Translations under genes and position numbers: made by a program
Part shown: one piece after another, positions 1 through 7,131 of the stretch
Layout of the letters: every line of letters starts with the position of its first letter
Numbering within the stretch: position 1 is the first letter of the stretch
The notes under the pieces: generated by a model
Seen by the model: only the letters and a program-made list of their open reading frames with translations
Databases searched by the model: none
What the model was told of the DNA's origin: nothing
NCBI RefSeq assembly: GCF_938021905.1
Contig: NZ_CALIFA010000030.1
Coordinates: 22,483 to 86,482 of the forward strand
Direction: 5' to 3'
DNA: 64,000 nucleotides
Origin: Haemophilus parahaemolyticus
GTDB taxonomy: Bacteria; Pseudomonadota; Gammaproteobacteria; Enterobacterales; Pasteurellaceae

Positions 1-40
1 TGATTAAATTCTAATAAATCATTCATGATACTATCCAATA

Positions 41-68
41 TAAAATAGAAGAGGCATATACCTCTTCT
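41..68 (-). terminator. Rho-independent terminator closing the channel-WYL-glycine-zipper operon
   Basis: Hairpin agaagagg-catata-cctcttct (47-54 and 61-68), followed on the minus strand by a T-run (plus-strand aaaa, 42-45). It lies 10 nt downstream of the stop codon of the 79..1263 gene. Confidence 0.6.
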
Positions 69-78
69 ATTTATTCTA

Positions 79-1263
79 TTATTTATTTCTAGCTAAAATA
101 ATTTTTTTCTTAAGTCCAAAAGCTTTAAAAAAAGTAGAGGCGAATGAAGATTCTGGCTCAACTTCTTCTTCATACAATTCTGTATATTCTGTCTTATTAG
201 CTCTTTGGAATGCTTCGCGTTTTGAAGAGGATAGAACATCGTCTCCTGTTTCATTCATTGTTGGTTCATAAACCAGCCCATTCAATACATATCGAAGTTC
301 ATAGTTAGCATAAACAATTGTTTTTTCATTATCAGATAAATCTTTAAAACGAACATCACGAGAAGCAATTCCCTGCAATTTAACTAATTGTTCATTAGCC
401 CAATATTCATCTAATGCTTTAAAAGTTGAATTACATTCTCTGGTATATTTAGCAATCGCATTTAATTTACTTACGACAACTTTTAATTTTTCCGCAGCTG
501 CTTCTACTTTCTTCCAGTTTTCATAGGCTTCTTCTTTTTTCTCTGCGGCTTTAGAAGCAAAGATTGAACCACCAATCGCAAGTAAAGGACCAGCCACTAA
601 ACCTCCCATTACTGCCATTCCGCCAGCCATACCCAAACCTCCAGAAGCTAAAGAACCACCACCAAGCCACGCTAATGTAGCATTAGTTGCCGCTGCACCA
701 GATAAGCCACTAATTGCAGTACCTGTGGATGCTGTTGCTAATGCTCCCACGCCTAAATACGCCCCACCACTCGCGGCTAAGCCAGCTAAAGAACCTGTTA
801 CTGCAGACGTTAAAGCATTTGTCATTTTTGCCATATCAACACGTTCAGCTCTAATTCTATTTTCAGCATCTTTAATGCTCATATTTTGATCAATAAGATG
901 AAGTTTTTTAAGAATTTGGATTTCTTCTTCCTTAGTAATCACAATACGTCCTAATTTTTCAGCCATATTTCGACCGATAGCTAATTGAGAACCTTTGCGT
1001 TCACCACCAGGATAACAAATTAAAGAATCAAACAAGTTGATATGTTCAATTCCCAATTTTTTAGTTTTCCCATAGTTTTCTAAACTAGATTGAGTATCTG
1101 ATTTTTGGCTTTCTAGCTTATTATTAGCCTCTTCAGCTTCTTGCTTAGCCCAACGCTGATAACGCTCTGCATCATCTAAATCATTCTTCGCATCTACGCC
1201 TTTTTTAACGCCAAATGCCCCTGCTGCAATAGCAGCTCCTGCAATAATAAATGGTAAAGCCAT
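79..1263 (-). CDS. Coiled-coil / glycine-zipper membrane protein of unknown function (394 aa)
   Basis: Strong SD (aggaga, 5 nt before the ATG). Short hydrophobic N-terminus (MALPFIIAGAAIAAGAFG). A charged helical region of about 125 aa, then about 90 aa of Gly/Ala/Ser/Thr-rich small-xxx-small repeats (GSLAGLAASGGAYLGVGALA...GGLGMAGGMAVMGGLVAGPLLAIGG), typical of glycine-zipper membrane segments. A charged C-terminal domain of about 150 aa follows. I recognise no family. It is the last gene of the AT-rich cassette. Confidence 0.7.
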   Translation of the reverse strand: MALPFIIAGAAIAAGAFGVKKGVDAKNDLDDAERYQRWAKQEAEEANNKLESQKSDTQSSLENYGKTKKLGIEHINLFDSLICYPGGERKGSQLAIGRNMAEKLGRIVITKEEEIQILKKLHLIDQNMSIKDAENRIRAERVDMAKMTNALTSAVTGSLAGLAASGGAYLGVGALATASTGTAISGLSGAAATNATLAWLGGGSLASGGLGMAGGMAVMGGLVAGPLLAIGGSIFASKAAEKKEEAYENWKKVEAAAEKLKVVVSKLNAIAKYTRECNSTFKALDEYWANEQLVKLQGIASRDVRFKDLSDNEKTIVYANYELRYVLNGLVYEPTMNETGDDVLSSSKREAFQRANKTEYTELYEEEVEPESSFASTFFKAFGLKKKIILARNK

Positions 1264-1299
1264 GATTATCTCCTATATAGCTTAGTGTTAATAAAATTG

Positions 1300-2190
1300 T
1301 TACTTCAGTTTCGTTAGATATAATTTCAAATTTTCATTCATCTTTTCTTGCAACTCCGCAGGACTGACAATCGTCAAATGTGGCACCCAATACTGCACTA
1401 ACGGCACAATTTCCTGCTCATTCACATTTTCACAAGAAAGTAACAAGCCACCGTCGTCTAATTTATGCACCAGTTTTTGGTTAGGCAGTAAATTTCGTCG
1501 TAAGAAATAATGGCTGACGGTGCTTTCTACTTTAATAATAATTTCTGCAAGTTGGTTTCCGTGGTAGAGGCTATCGCTTTGGCGGATTTCGTTTTGTAAA
1601 TTTTCATTCGGAATGAACCGCTCTTTTAATACAAGAAGATCGTGAATTTGGGTAAAACAGAAAGTTTTTTGTTTATTATTTTCTGTGCCGATTAAATACC
1701 AGATGCCGTTTTTATTTAATAAACTATAAGGCGAGATTTGATAATATTTGGTTTCTTGTGTACTGTTTTTAGTGTATTTAAAACTAATGTTTAAATTTTC
1801 TTTAATAGCATTATTTAGTGCGTCAAATTCTTTTTCTTTTCCACTAATATCTTCATATTGAAAGCCTTTAACTTGCACGCTTTGGGTGAGTTTTTCTTGG
1901 TAAAACTCGCGATCTATTTTGGGGAATAAATCGGCAATGCTTGCGAATAAGGCGAAGCGGCTAATATCCTCTTCGGTCAGGAAACCGGATTTTTGTTGAT
2001 TTATTTTGTAAAAACGACCGCCCTTTTCTTCCCATTCAAGGAAATTGAGGCGTTCGTTAATATCGCGTTGGAGGGTGCGGATCGATAAGCCAAATTCATC
2101 GGCAAGCAAAGTTATATCAAGGCGTTCACCTTGATTTAAGCGGGCTAAAATTTGACTTAGGCGTTGTGCCAGTTGTTGACTTCTTTTCAT
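1300..2190 (-). CDS. WYL-domain transcriptional regulator (HTH-WYL-WCX architecture, BrxR/CapW-like)
   Basis: N-terminal DeoR-type HTH (LSQILARLNQGERLDITLLADEFGLSIRTLQRDI). Central WYL motif (NGIWYLIGTENNKQKTFCFTQIHDLLVLKERF). C-terminal extension, 296 aa. Intergenic gaps of 60 nt and 36 nt to its neighbours, consistent with one operon. Confidence 0.8.
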   Translation of the reverse strand: MKRSQQLAQRLSQILARLNQGERLDITLLADEFGLSIRTLQRDINERLNFLEWEEKGGRFYKINQQKSGFLTEEDISRFALFASIADLFPKIDREFYQEKLTQSVQVKGFQYEDISGKEKEFDALNNAIKENLNISFKYTKNSTQETKYYQISPYSLLNKNGIWYLIGTENNKQKTFCFTQIHDLLVLKERFIPNENLQNEIRQSDSLYHGNQLAEIIIKVESTVSHYFLRRNLLPNQKLVHKLDDGGLLLSCENVNEQEIVPLVQYWVPHLTIVSPAELQEKMNENLKLYLTKLK

Positions 2191-2250
2191 TTGGATTCGT
2201 TGTTGGTTGTCAATGGCAATAAATTAACACATCTTTCTCAAAAAAGTACG

Positions 2251-3063
2251 TCAGGTTTTGTCGTTGGTAATTTTTATTTTTAATAATTGTTTAAGTTCGA
2301 TAATTTCTTGCTCAAGTGATTGCATTTTGTTTAATAATACTGCTTCTTCATCTTTCTCTTCTTTAACGCGAATTTCCCCTACGCAGTCCACAATAACACC
2401 AATGGCAATATTTAAGATAATGTAACTAGCAATCAATAGAAAGCTCACAAAAATAATCCAAGCGTGAGGGTGAACCTCCATTACAGAGCGAACAATGCCC
2501 ATTGACCAGCTTTCAAACGTCATTATTTGAAAGAGTGTGTAGAAACTATCGCCAATGGAGCCGAACCAATGTGGAAAGTCTTTGCCATAAAGATAGGTGA
2601 CAATAATGGCATATACGTAATACAGGTTGAGCAATAAAATGCAAATTCCTAGCATGGAAGGTAGAGTTTTAAATAAGGCTTGAGACACCATTCGCATTTT
2701 GGGAATGATGGAAATAAGGCGAAGTACTTCCACAATGCGAAAAGTACGAAAAACGAAAAAGATTTCACTTTCTAAAATAAGAGAGCTGGAAACAATGATG
2801 ATAAAGTCAAAAATATTCCACCCGCTTTTAAAGAAAGCGAGGCGATAGGTATATATTCGCAGTACAAGCTCGAATAAAAAGAGATAGGAAAAAATTTTAT
2901 CATAGAAGATTAAGCTGGAGTGATAATGACTTTCCGTCGGAAGCGAGAGATCGATGCCAATAATAATAGAATTTAGCACAATGCTGGTTAACACAAATTT
3001 ATAGAAATAATGGCTTTTAACGATTTTCTCGATCATTTTCCTCATCATACGCACTCTTTCCAT
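2251..3063 (-). CDS. Bacterial voltage-gated Na+ channel homologue (BacNav/NaChBac-like, Ion_trans superfamily)
   Basis: 270 aa, a typical BacNav length. S3 motif GWNIFDFIII. S4 voltage sensor with R every third residue (FRTFRIVEVLRLISIIPKMRMV, compare NaChBac RILRVLRVLRAISVVPSLRRLV). Pore/selectivity filter FYTLFQIMTFESWSMGIV (compare NaChBac FFTLFQVVTLESWASGVM). C-terminal coiled coil (EAVLLNKMQSLEQEIIELKQLL), as used for BacNav tetramerisation. The start codon is ambiguous: M1, M6/7 or M10; M10 has the best SD, gagga. Confidence 0.8.
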   Translation of the reverse strand: MERVRMMRKMIEKIVKSHYFYKFVLTSIVLNSIIIGIDLSLPTESHYHSSLIFYDKIFSYLFLFELVLRIYTYRLAFFKSGWNIFDFIIIVSSSLILESEIFFVFRTFRIVEVLRLISIIPKMRMVSQALFKTLPSMLGICILLLNLYYVYAIIVTYLYGKDFPHWFGSIGDSFYTLFQIMTFESWSMGIVRSVMEVHPHAWIIFVSFLLIASYIILNIAIGVIVDCVGEIRVKEEKDEEAVLLNKMQSLEQEIIELKQLLKIKITNDKT

Positions 3064-3089
3064 CTATTTAATCAGAAAAACGTTTGCAT

Positions 3090-3118
3090 TATACTTTAAA
3101 AGTATAGTGCAAGTATAG
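3090..3118. promoter_or_regulatory. Candidate operator in the divergent promoter region: palindrome TATACTTT-A-AAAGTATA plus a third AGTATAG half-site
   Basis: Perfect 8-bp inverted arms at 3090-3106, and a repeat of the half-site at 3112-3118. It sits between the channel operon (minus strand) and the XRE regulator (plus strand). Confidence 0.45.
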
Positions 3119-3183
3119 TCAGCCCTTTATGATAAAAACTGAATTTTTATAATTTCTCCATTGTAATTTTTGGGGGAATCCTT

Positions 3184-3534
3184 GTGTCAGAGAAACGACA
3201 ACAATTAATTTATACCATTGGGCAATCCATTGCGAAATATCGCCAAGCCGCAGGGTTAACACAAGCACAACTGGCTGAAATTTTAGGCATTGGTAATGAT
3301 GCAGTTTCTCGTATGGAACGAGGCACAACAACTCCGACTATCACTCGCTTGTTAGAACTCGCGGATATTTTTCATTGTGAAATTGCTGATCTCGTTACTG
3401 ATGCCAGCCATCGCCCAACTGATCAAGCTCGCCAATTAGAACGAATGCTTGCAAACCTTGATGATAATGAACGTTTTGAGCTATTGAGCCTTATTGAACG
3501 TATGCTGAAGTGGAAACATATGCACCATTTATAA
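3184..3534 (+). CDS. XRE-family (Cro/CI-type) HTH transcriptional regulator
   Basis: GTG start with a GGGGGA SD 7 nt upstream. HTH_XRE signature (QAQLAEILGIGNDAVSRMERGTTTPTITRLLELADIF) plus a C-terminal extension of about 50 aa. It is transcribed divergently from the channel operon. Confidence 0.8.
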   Translation: MSEKRQQLIYTIGQSIAKYRQAAGLTQAQLAEILGIGNDAVSRMERGTTTPTITRLLELADIFHCEIADLVTDASHRPTDQARQLERMLANLDDNERFELLSLIERMLKWKHMHHL

Positions 3535-3679
3535 CGTGCCTTTCCCATCATGGAAGTAATCTCTCGGCTTCTACATTCCTATTGATAACACTATTCCCAA
3601 TTTTTCCCACTATTTTTGGCAAATCAATCATATGCGTGTATGATACAGCTACTCTTTTGGTAATAAAGGAATTGATACA

Positions 3680-4333
3680 ATGAACAAACAACAAGTTTTA
3701 GACGCTTTTCATTTTCGTGCAGCGTGCCGTGCTTACGATCCTATTCGCAAAATTAGCCGTGAGGATATGGACTATATTTTGGAATTAGGTCGTCTTTCGC
3801 CAAGTTCGGTAGGTTCTGAGCCGTGGAAATTTTTAGTACTACAAAATGTGACAATTCGAGAGAAAATCGCACCTGTTTCGTGGGGCATTAAACACCCAAT
3901 GAATGAAATGAGCCATTTAGTGGTAATTTTAGCGAAGAAAAATGCCCGTTTTGATAGTGACTTTTTCCGCACTTCGCTTGAAAAACGAGGCTTAACGCCT
4001 GAACAGATGAGCGCAACGATTGCTCGTTATAAAACGTTTCAAACCGATGATATTCAAGTGTTAGAAAGCGAACGGACTTTGTTTGATTGGTGTAGTAAAC
4101 AGACCTATATTGCATTAGGTAATATGATGACAGGGGCAGCACTGATTGGCATTGATTCCTGTCCAATTGAAGGATTTAGTTACCCTGAAGTGAATCGTAT
4201 TCTAGCCGAAGAGGGGTTATTCGATCCGAATGAATGGGGCGTTTCTTGTATGGTTACTTTTGGTTATCGTGCCAAAGAAATTAAGAAGAAATATCGCAAG
4301 CCTACTGAAGAAGTGATTGAGTGGGTTGAGTAA
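3680..4333 (+). CDS. nfnB: NAD(P)H nitroreductase (NfsB/NfnB family)
   Basis: 217 aa. The nitroreductase fold shows N-terminal and C-terminal similarity to oxygen-insensitive NAD(P)H nitroreductases. Confidence 0.7.
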   Translation: MNKQQVLDAFHFRAACRAYDPIRKISREDMDYILELGRLSPSSVGSEPWKFLVLQNVTIREKIAPVSWGIKHPMNEMSHLVVILAKKNARFDSDFFRTSLEKRGLTPEQMSATIARYKTFQTDDIQVLESERTLFDWCSKQTYIALGNMMTGAALIGIDSCPIEGFSYPEVNRILAEEGLFDPNEWGVSCMVTFGYRAKEIKKKYRKPTEEVIEWVE

Positions 4334-4346
4334 GGAAATTGTACAG

Positions 4347-4374
4347 AAAAGCGGTCAAAAATGACCGCTTTTTT
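4347..4374. terminator. Bidirectional terminator formed by an inverted pair of uptake signal sequences
   Basis: aaaaGCGGTCAaaaaTGACCGCtttttt: a perfect hairpin flanked by an A-run and a T-run, between nfnB (plus) and sspB (minus). Confidence 0.75.
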
Positions 4375-4380
4375 ACTTAT

Positions 4381-4797
4381 TTATTTTACCAACTTCAAAT
4401 GTGTTGGTTTTTTCTTCACGATTTTTTTCGGTTTCTCTTCTTCCGATTTTTTAGCAGTACGAGCAAGATAACTTTCTTCGCTGTAATATTCTTCCTCTTG
4501 GAACATTGTGCCGTCACCTGTTTCTTGAGCATAAAGTGCTTCAGCTGCACCAAATGGAACGTACAAATCGCGAATCATTCCTTGAAATCTCGCACTAAAT
4601 GAAATGCCTTCATCATCTACCACATAATTACCAATGGAACGTGGCGAAATGTTTAAGATGATTTTTCCATCGCGGATAAACTCAATCGGTACATCCACAT
4701 CAGGATAATCGCAATTAACCAACAAATAAGGAGTGCTGTTGTTATCGCAAATCCAACTGTAATAAGCGTAATAAATATAAGGGCGTAATGGTTTCAT
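4381..4797 (-). CDS. sspB: Stringent starvation protein B (ClpXP adaptor)
   Basis: 138 aa. Conserved SspB N-terminal domain, and it lies immediately downstream of sspA. Confidence 0.85.
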   Translation of the reverse strand: MKPLRPYIYYAYYSWICDNNSTPYLLVNCDYPDVDVPIEFIRDGKIILNISPRSIGNYVVDDEGISFSARFQGMIRDLYVPFGAAEALYAQETGDGTMFQEEEYYSEESYLARTAKKSEEEKPKKIVKKKPTHLKLVK

Positions 4798-5441
4798 TAA
4801 TCTTTATCATCCATTAAATGTTTAGGGGCTGCACCGCCCACAGATTGCATAAAACTATCGCGTTTAAATACGCGGTTCATATAGTTTTTCACAGGTTTTG
4901 CCGCAGGACCAGTAAATTCTACGCCTAAGTTAACCATACGCCAGAGTAATGGGGCAATATAACAATCAGCTAAACCAAACTCTTCACTCATAAAATAAGG
5001 CATCGCATCAAAAACAGGGGCTAATGCTAAAATCTCTTCACGAAGTTGAGCTAATGCTTTTTTACCTTGGGCTGAAGCGGGATCTTTATTTACGATATCA
5101 ATTAAAGAATACCAATCTTGTTCAATACGGAACATGGTTAAACGGCATTTCGCACGTAAAACGGGATAAACAGGTAAAAGTGGCGGATGAGGAAAACGCT
5201 CATCAAGATATTCCATAATGATGCGAGAATTGAATAATACTAAATCGCGATCAACCAATGTCGGCACGCTACCGTATGGATTTACTTCCATTAAATCTTC
5301 CGAAATAGCATCTGGCGTGATATTTTCAATTTCATAAGGCACAGCTTTTTCTGCTAACACGATGCGAACTTGGTGGCTATAAATATCACTTTTTTCTGAA
5401 AATAAGGTGGTTACCGAACGTTTATTTGCACTACTCGTCAT
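4797..5441 (-). CDS. sspA: Stringent starvation protein A (GST-like)
   Basis: 214 aa. GST-fold SspA signature, and the conserved sspA-sspB pair. Confidence 0.9.
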   Translation of the reverse strand: MTSSANKRSVTTLFSEKSDIYSHQVRIVLAEKAVPYEIENITPDAISEDLMEVNPYGSVPTLVDRDLVLFNSRIIMEYLDERFPHPPLLPVYPVLRAKCRLTMFRIEQDWYSLIDIVNKDPASAQGKKALAQLREEILALAPVFDAMPYFMSEEFGLADCYIAPLLWRMVNLGVEFTGPAAKPVKNYMNRVFKRDSFMQSVGGAAPKHLMDDKD

Positions 5442-5583
5442 TTATCTTTCTCCAATAATTCAAGCACATTAAATCTGCTAAAAATAGTAGCGTATTGTAG
5501 CATAACAGCTTGATAAAATCACAGGTTTTATTTTTTGTACTTTTTGGGGAAAGGACGATAAAATCTCACCGCTTGAAAAAGCA

Positions 5584-5599
5584 AAGCAACCGTTTGCTT
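5584..5599. promoter_or_regulatory. PurR-box-like palindrome upstream of purE
   Basis: AAGCAACCGTTTGCTT, against the PurR consensus core ...GCAAACGTTTGC... It lies about 45 nt upstream of the purE ATG. Confidence 0.45.
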
Positions 5600-5644
5600 T
5601 TTGTGGTATCCTACGTAAAATTTTAATTCAAATAGAGAAAAAAT

Positions 5645-6142
5645 ATGACTAATAAAGCTGAAATTGCCATTGTTATGGGCTCTAAAAGTGACTGGGCAAC
5701 GATGAGCGAAGCAACCCAAATTTTAGACCAATTTTCGTTACCTTATCACGTTGAAGTGGTTTCTGCTCATCGTACGCCAGATAAACTGTTCACTTTTGCG
5801 GAAAATGCAGAAAAAAATGGCTATAGAGTGATTATTGCAGGTGCTGGCGGTGCGGCTCATTTACCAGGGATGATTGCAGCGAAAACGATTGTACCTGTGC
5901 TTGGTGTGCCAGTAAAAAGCTCTACGCTAAGTGGGGTTGATAGCCTCTACTCTATCGTGCAAATGCCAAAAGGCATTCCCGTTGGTACACTAGCAATTGG
6001 CCCTGCAGGTGCTGCTAATGCGGGTTTATTAGCCGTTCAAATTCTTGCTGCGTTTAATCCTGAGCTTGCTCAAAAACTCCACGCTTTTCGCCAAGCTCAA
6101 ACTGAGCTCGTGCTAAATAATCCTGATCCACGAGTAGAATAA
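5645..6142 (+). CDS. purE: N5-carboxyaminoimidazole ribonucleotide mutase
   Basis: 165 aa. The PurE fold ([16 protein letters not shown]) is conserved. Confidence 0.95.
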   Translation: MTNKAEIAIVMGSKSDWATMSEATQILDQFSLPYHVEVVSAHRTPDKLFTFAENAEKNGYRVIIAGAGGAAHLPGMIAAKTIVPVLGVPVKSSTLSGVDSLYSIVQMPKGIPVGTLAIGPAGAANAGLLAVQILAAFNPELAQKLHAFRQAQTELVLNNPDPRVE

Positions 6143-6144
6143 AT

Positions 6145-7110
6145 ATGGCAAAACGATTGCTCATTTTACACACGGGCGGTACGATCTCGATGAAGGAAGG
6201 CGAAAATGGTAAAGTATCGCCTTCAGCTCGTAATCCATTGTTAGATGCGTTAGAACGCCTTAATCACCCTGCTGAATTACATCAAGAATCTGTTTTTAAC
6301 GTGCCTTCTCCACACATCACGCTCGATCACTGGCTTGTACTAAAATATCGTATTGAAAAAGCAGCCAATGAAGAACATTTCGATGGCATCGTGATTACTC
6401 ACGGTACAGACACGCTTGAAGAAACAGCTTATTTTCTTGATTTAGCCCTCAATATCAACGTGCCTATTGCTATTACTGGAGCAATGCGCTCAAGCAATGA
6501 ACTCGGTTCAGACGGGTTAATTAACTTGCAAAGTGCTATTTTGGTGGCATTAAGCGAGGATTCGAAAGGCAAAGGCGTATTGGTGGTCATGAATGATGAA
6601 GTCCATCACGCAAAATTTGTGACCAAAACGCACACCACTAATGTGGCAACGTTCCAAACACCTACTTTTGGACCTTGCGGATTGATTACTAAAAACAACG
6701 TAATCTATTTCCAAAAATTAACCGCTTACGAAAGTTTCCCAGTGCAAAAAATTACCAAAAATAATATTCAATTAGTTAAAGCCTATGCGGGAATGGATAG
6801 CTTTTTGCTCGAGCAGCTTGCCCATCACGGCTGCGATGGTGTGGTAATTGAAGCTTTAGGCGCGGGCAATCTTCCGCCAACTTCACTTAAAGGCTTGCAC
6901 GCATTACTTGAAGCAAATATTCCTGTGGTGCTCGTATCACGAGCTTTCCACGGTGTAACTCAAGATGTATACGACTATCTTGGTGGAGGTAAAGAACTCA
7001 AGCAACAAGGGGTGATCTTTACTACAGGTTTAAGCGGACAAAAAGCACGCATTAAATTGTTGGTTTTACTCAACCAACAACGCGAAAAACCACTTTCTCA
7101 CTATTTTTAA
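6145..7110 (+). CDS. Type I L-asparaginase-like protein, inserted between purE and purK
   Basis: 321 aa. N-terminal nucleophile motif LHTGGTISM and the HGTDTLEETA motif characteristic of the asparaginase/glutaminase family. It starts 2 nt after the purE stop. Confidence 0.7.
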   Translation: MAKRLLILHTGGTISMKEGENGKVSPSARNPLLDALERLNHPAELHQESVFNVPSPHITLDHWLVLKYRIEKAANEEHFDGIVITHGTDTLEETAYFLDLALNINVPIAITGAMRSSNELGSDGLINLQSAILVALSEDSKGKGVLVVMNDEVHHAKFVTKTHTTNVATFQTPTFGPCGLITKNNVIYFQKLTAYESFPVQKITKNNIQLVKAYAGMDSFLLEQLAHHGCDGVVIEALGAGNLPPTSLKGLHALLEANIPVVLVSRAFHGVTQDVYDYLGGGKELKQQGVIFTTGLSGQKARIKLLVLLNQQREKPLSHYF

Positions 7111-7131
7111 CTCTGATTTAGGTTCACGATT

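Noticed and set aside
3119-3331. 70-aa ORF on the minus strand overlapping the XRE regulator gene and its promoter
   Set aside because: It lies antisense to a well-supported HTH gene, has no SD and a low-complexity translation. It is a shadow ORF.
3772-4166. Two antisense ORFs (66 and 92 aa) inside the nitroreductase gene
   Set aside because: They lie opposite a conserved enzyme gene and have no independent signal. Treated as frame shadows.
4339-4602. 87-aa plus-strand ORF overlapping sspB
   Set aside because: Phe/Leu-rich nonsense translation antisense to sspB. It spans the uptake-signal terminator and is not a plausible gene.
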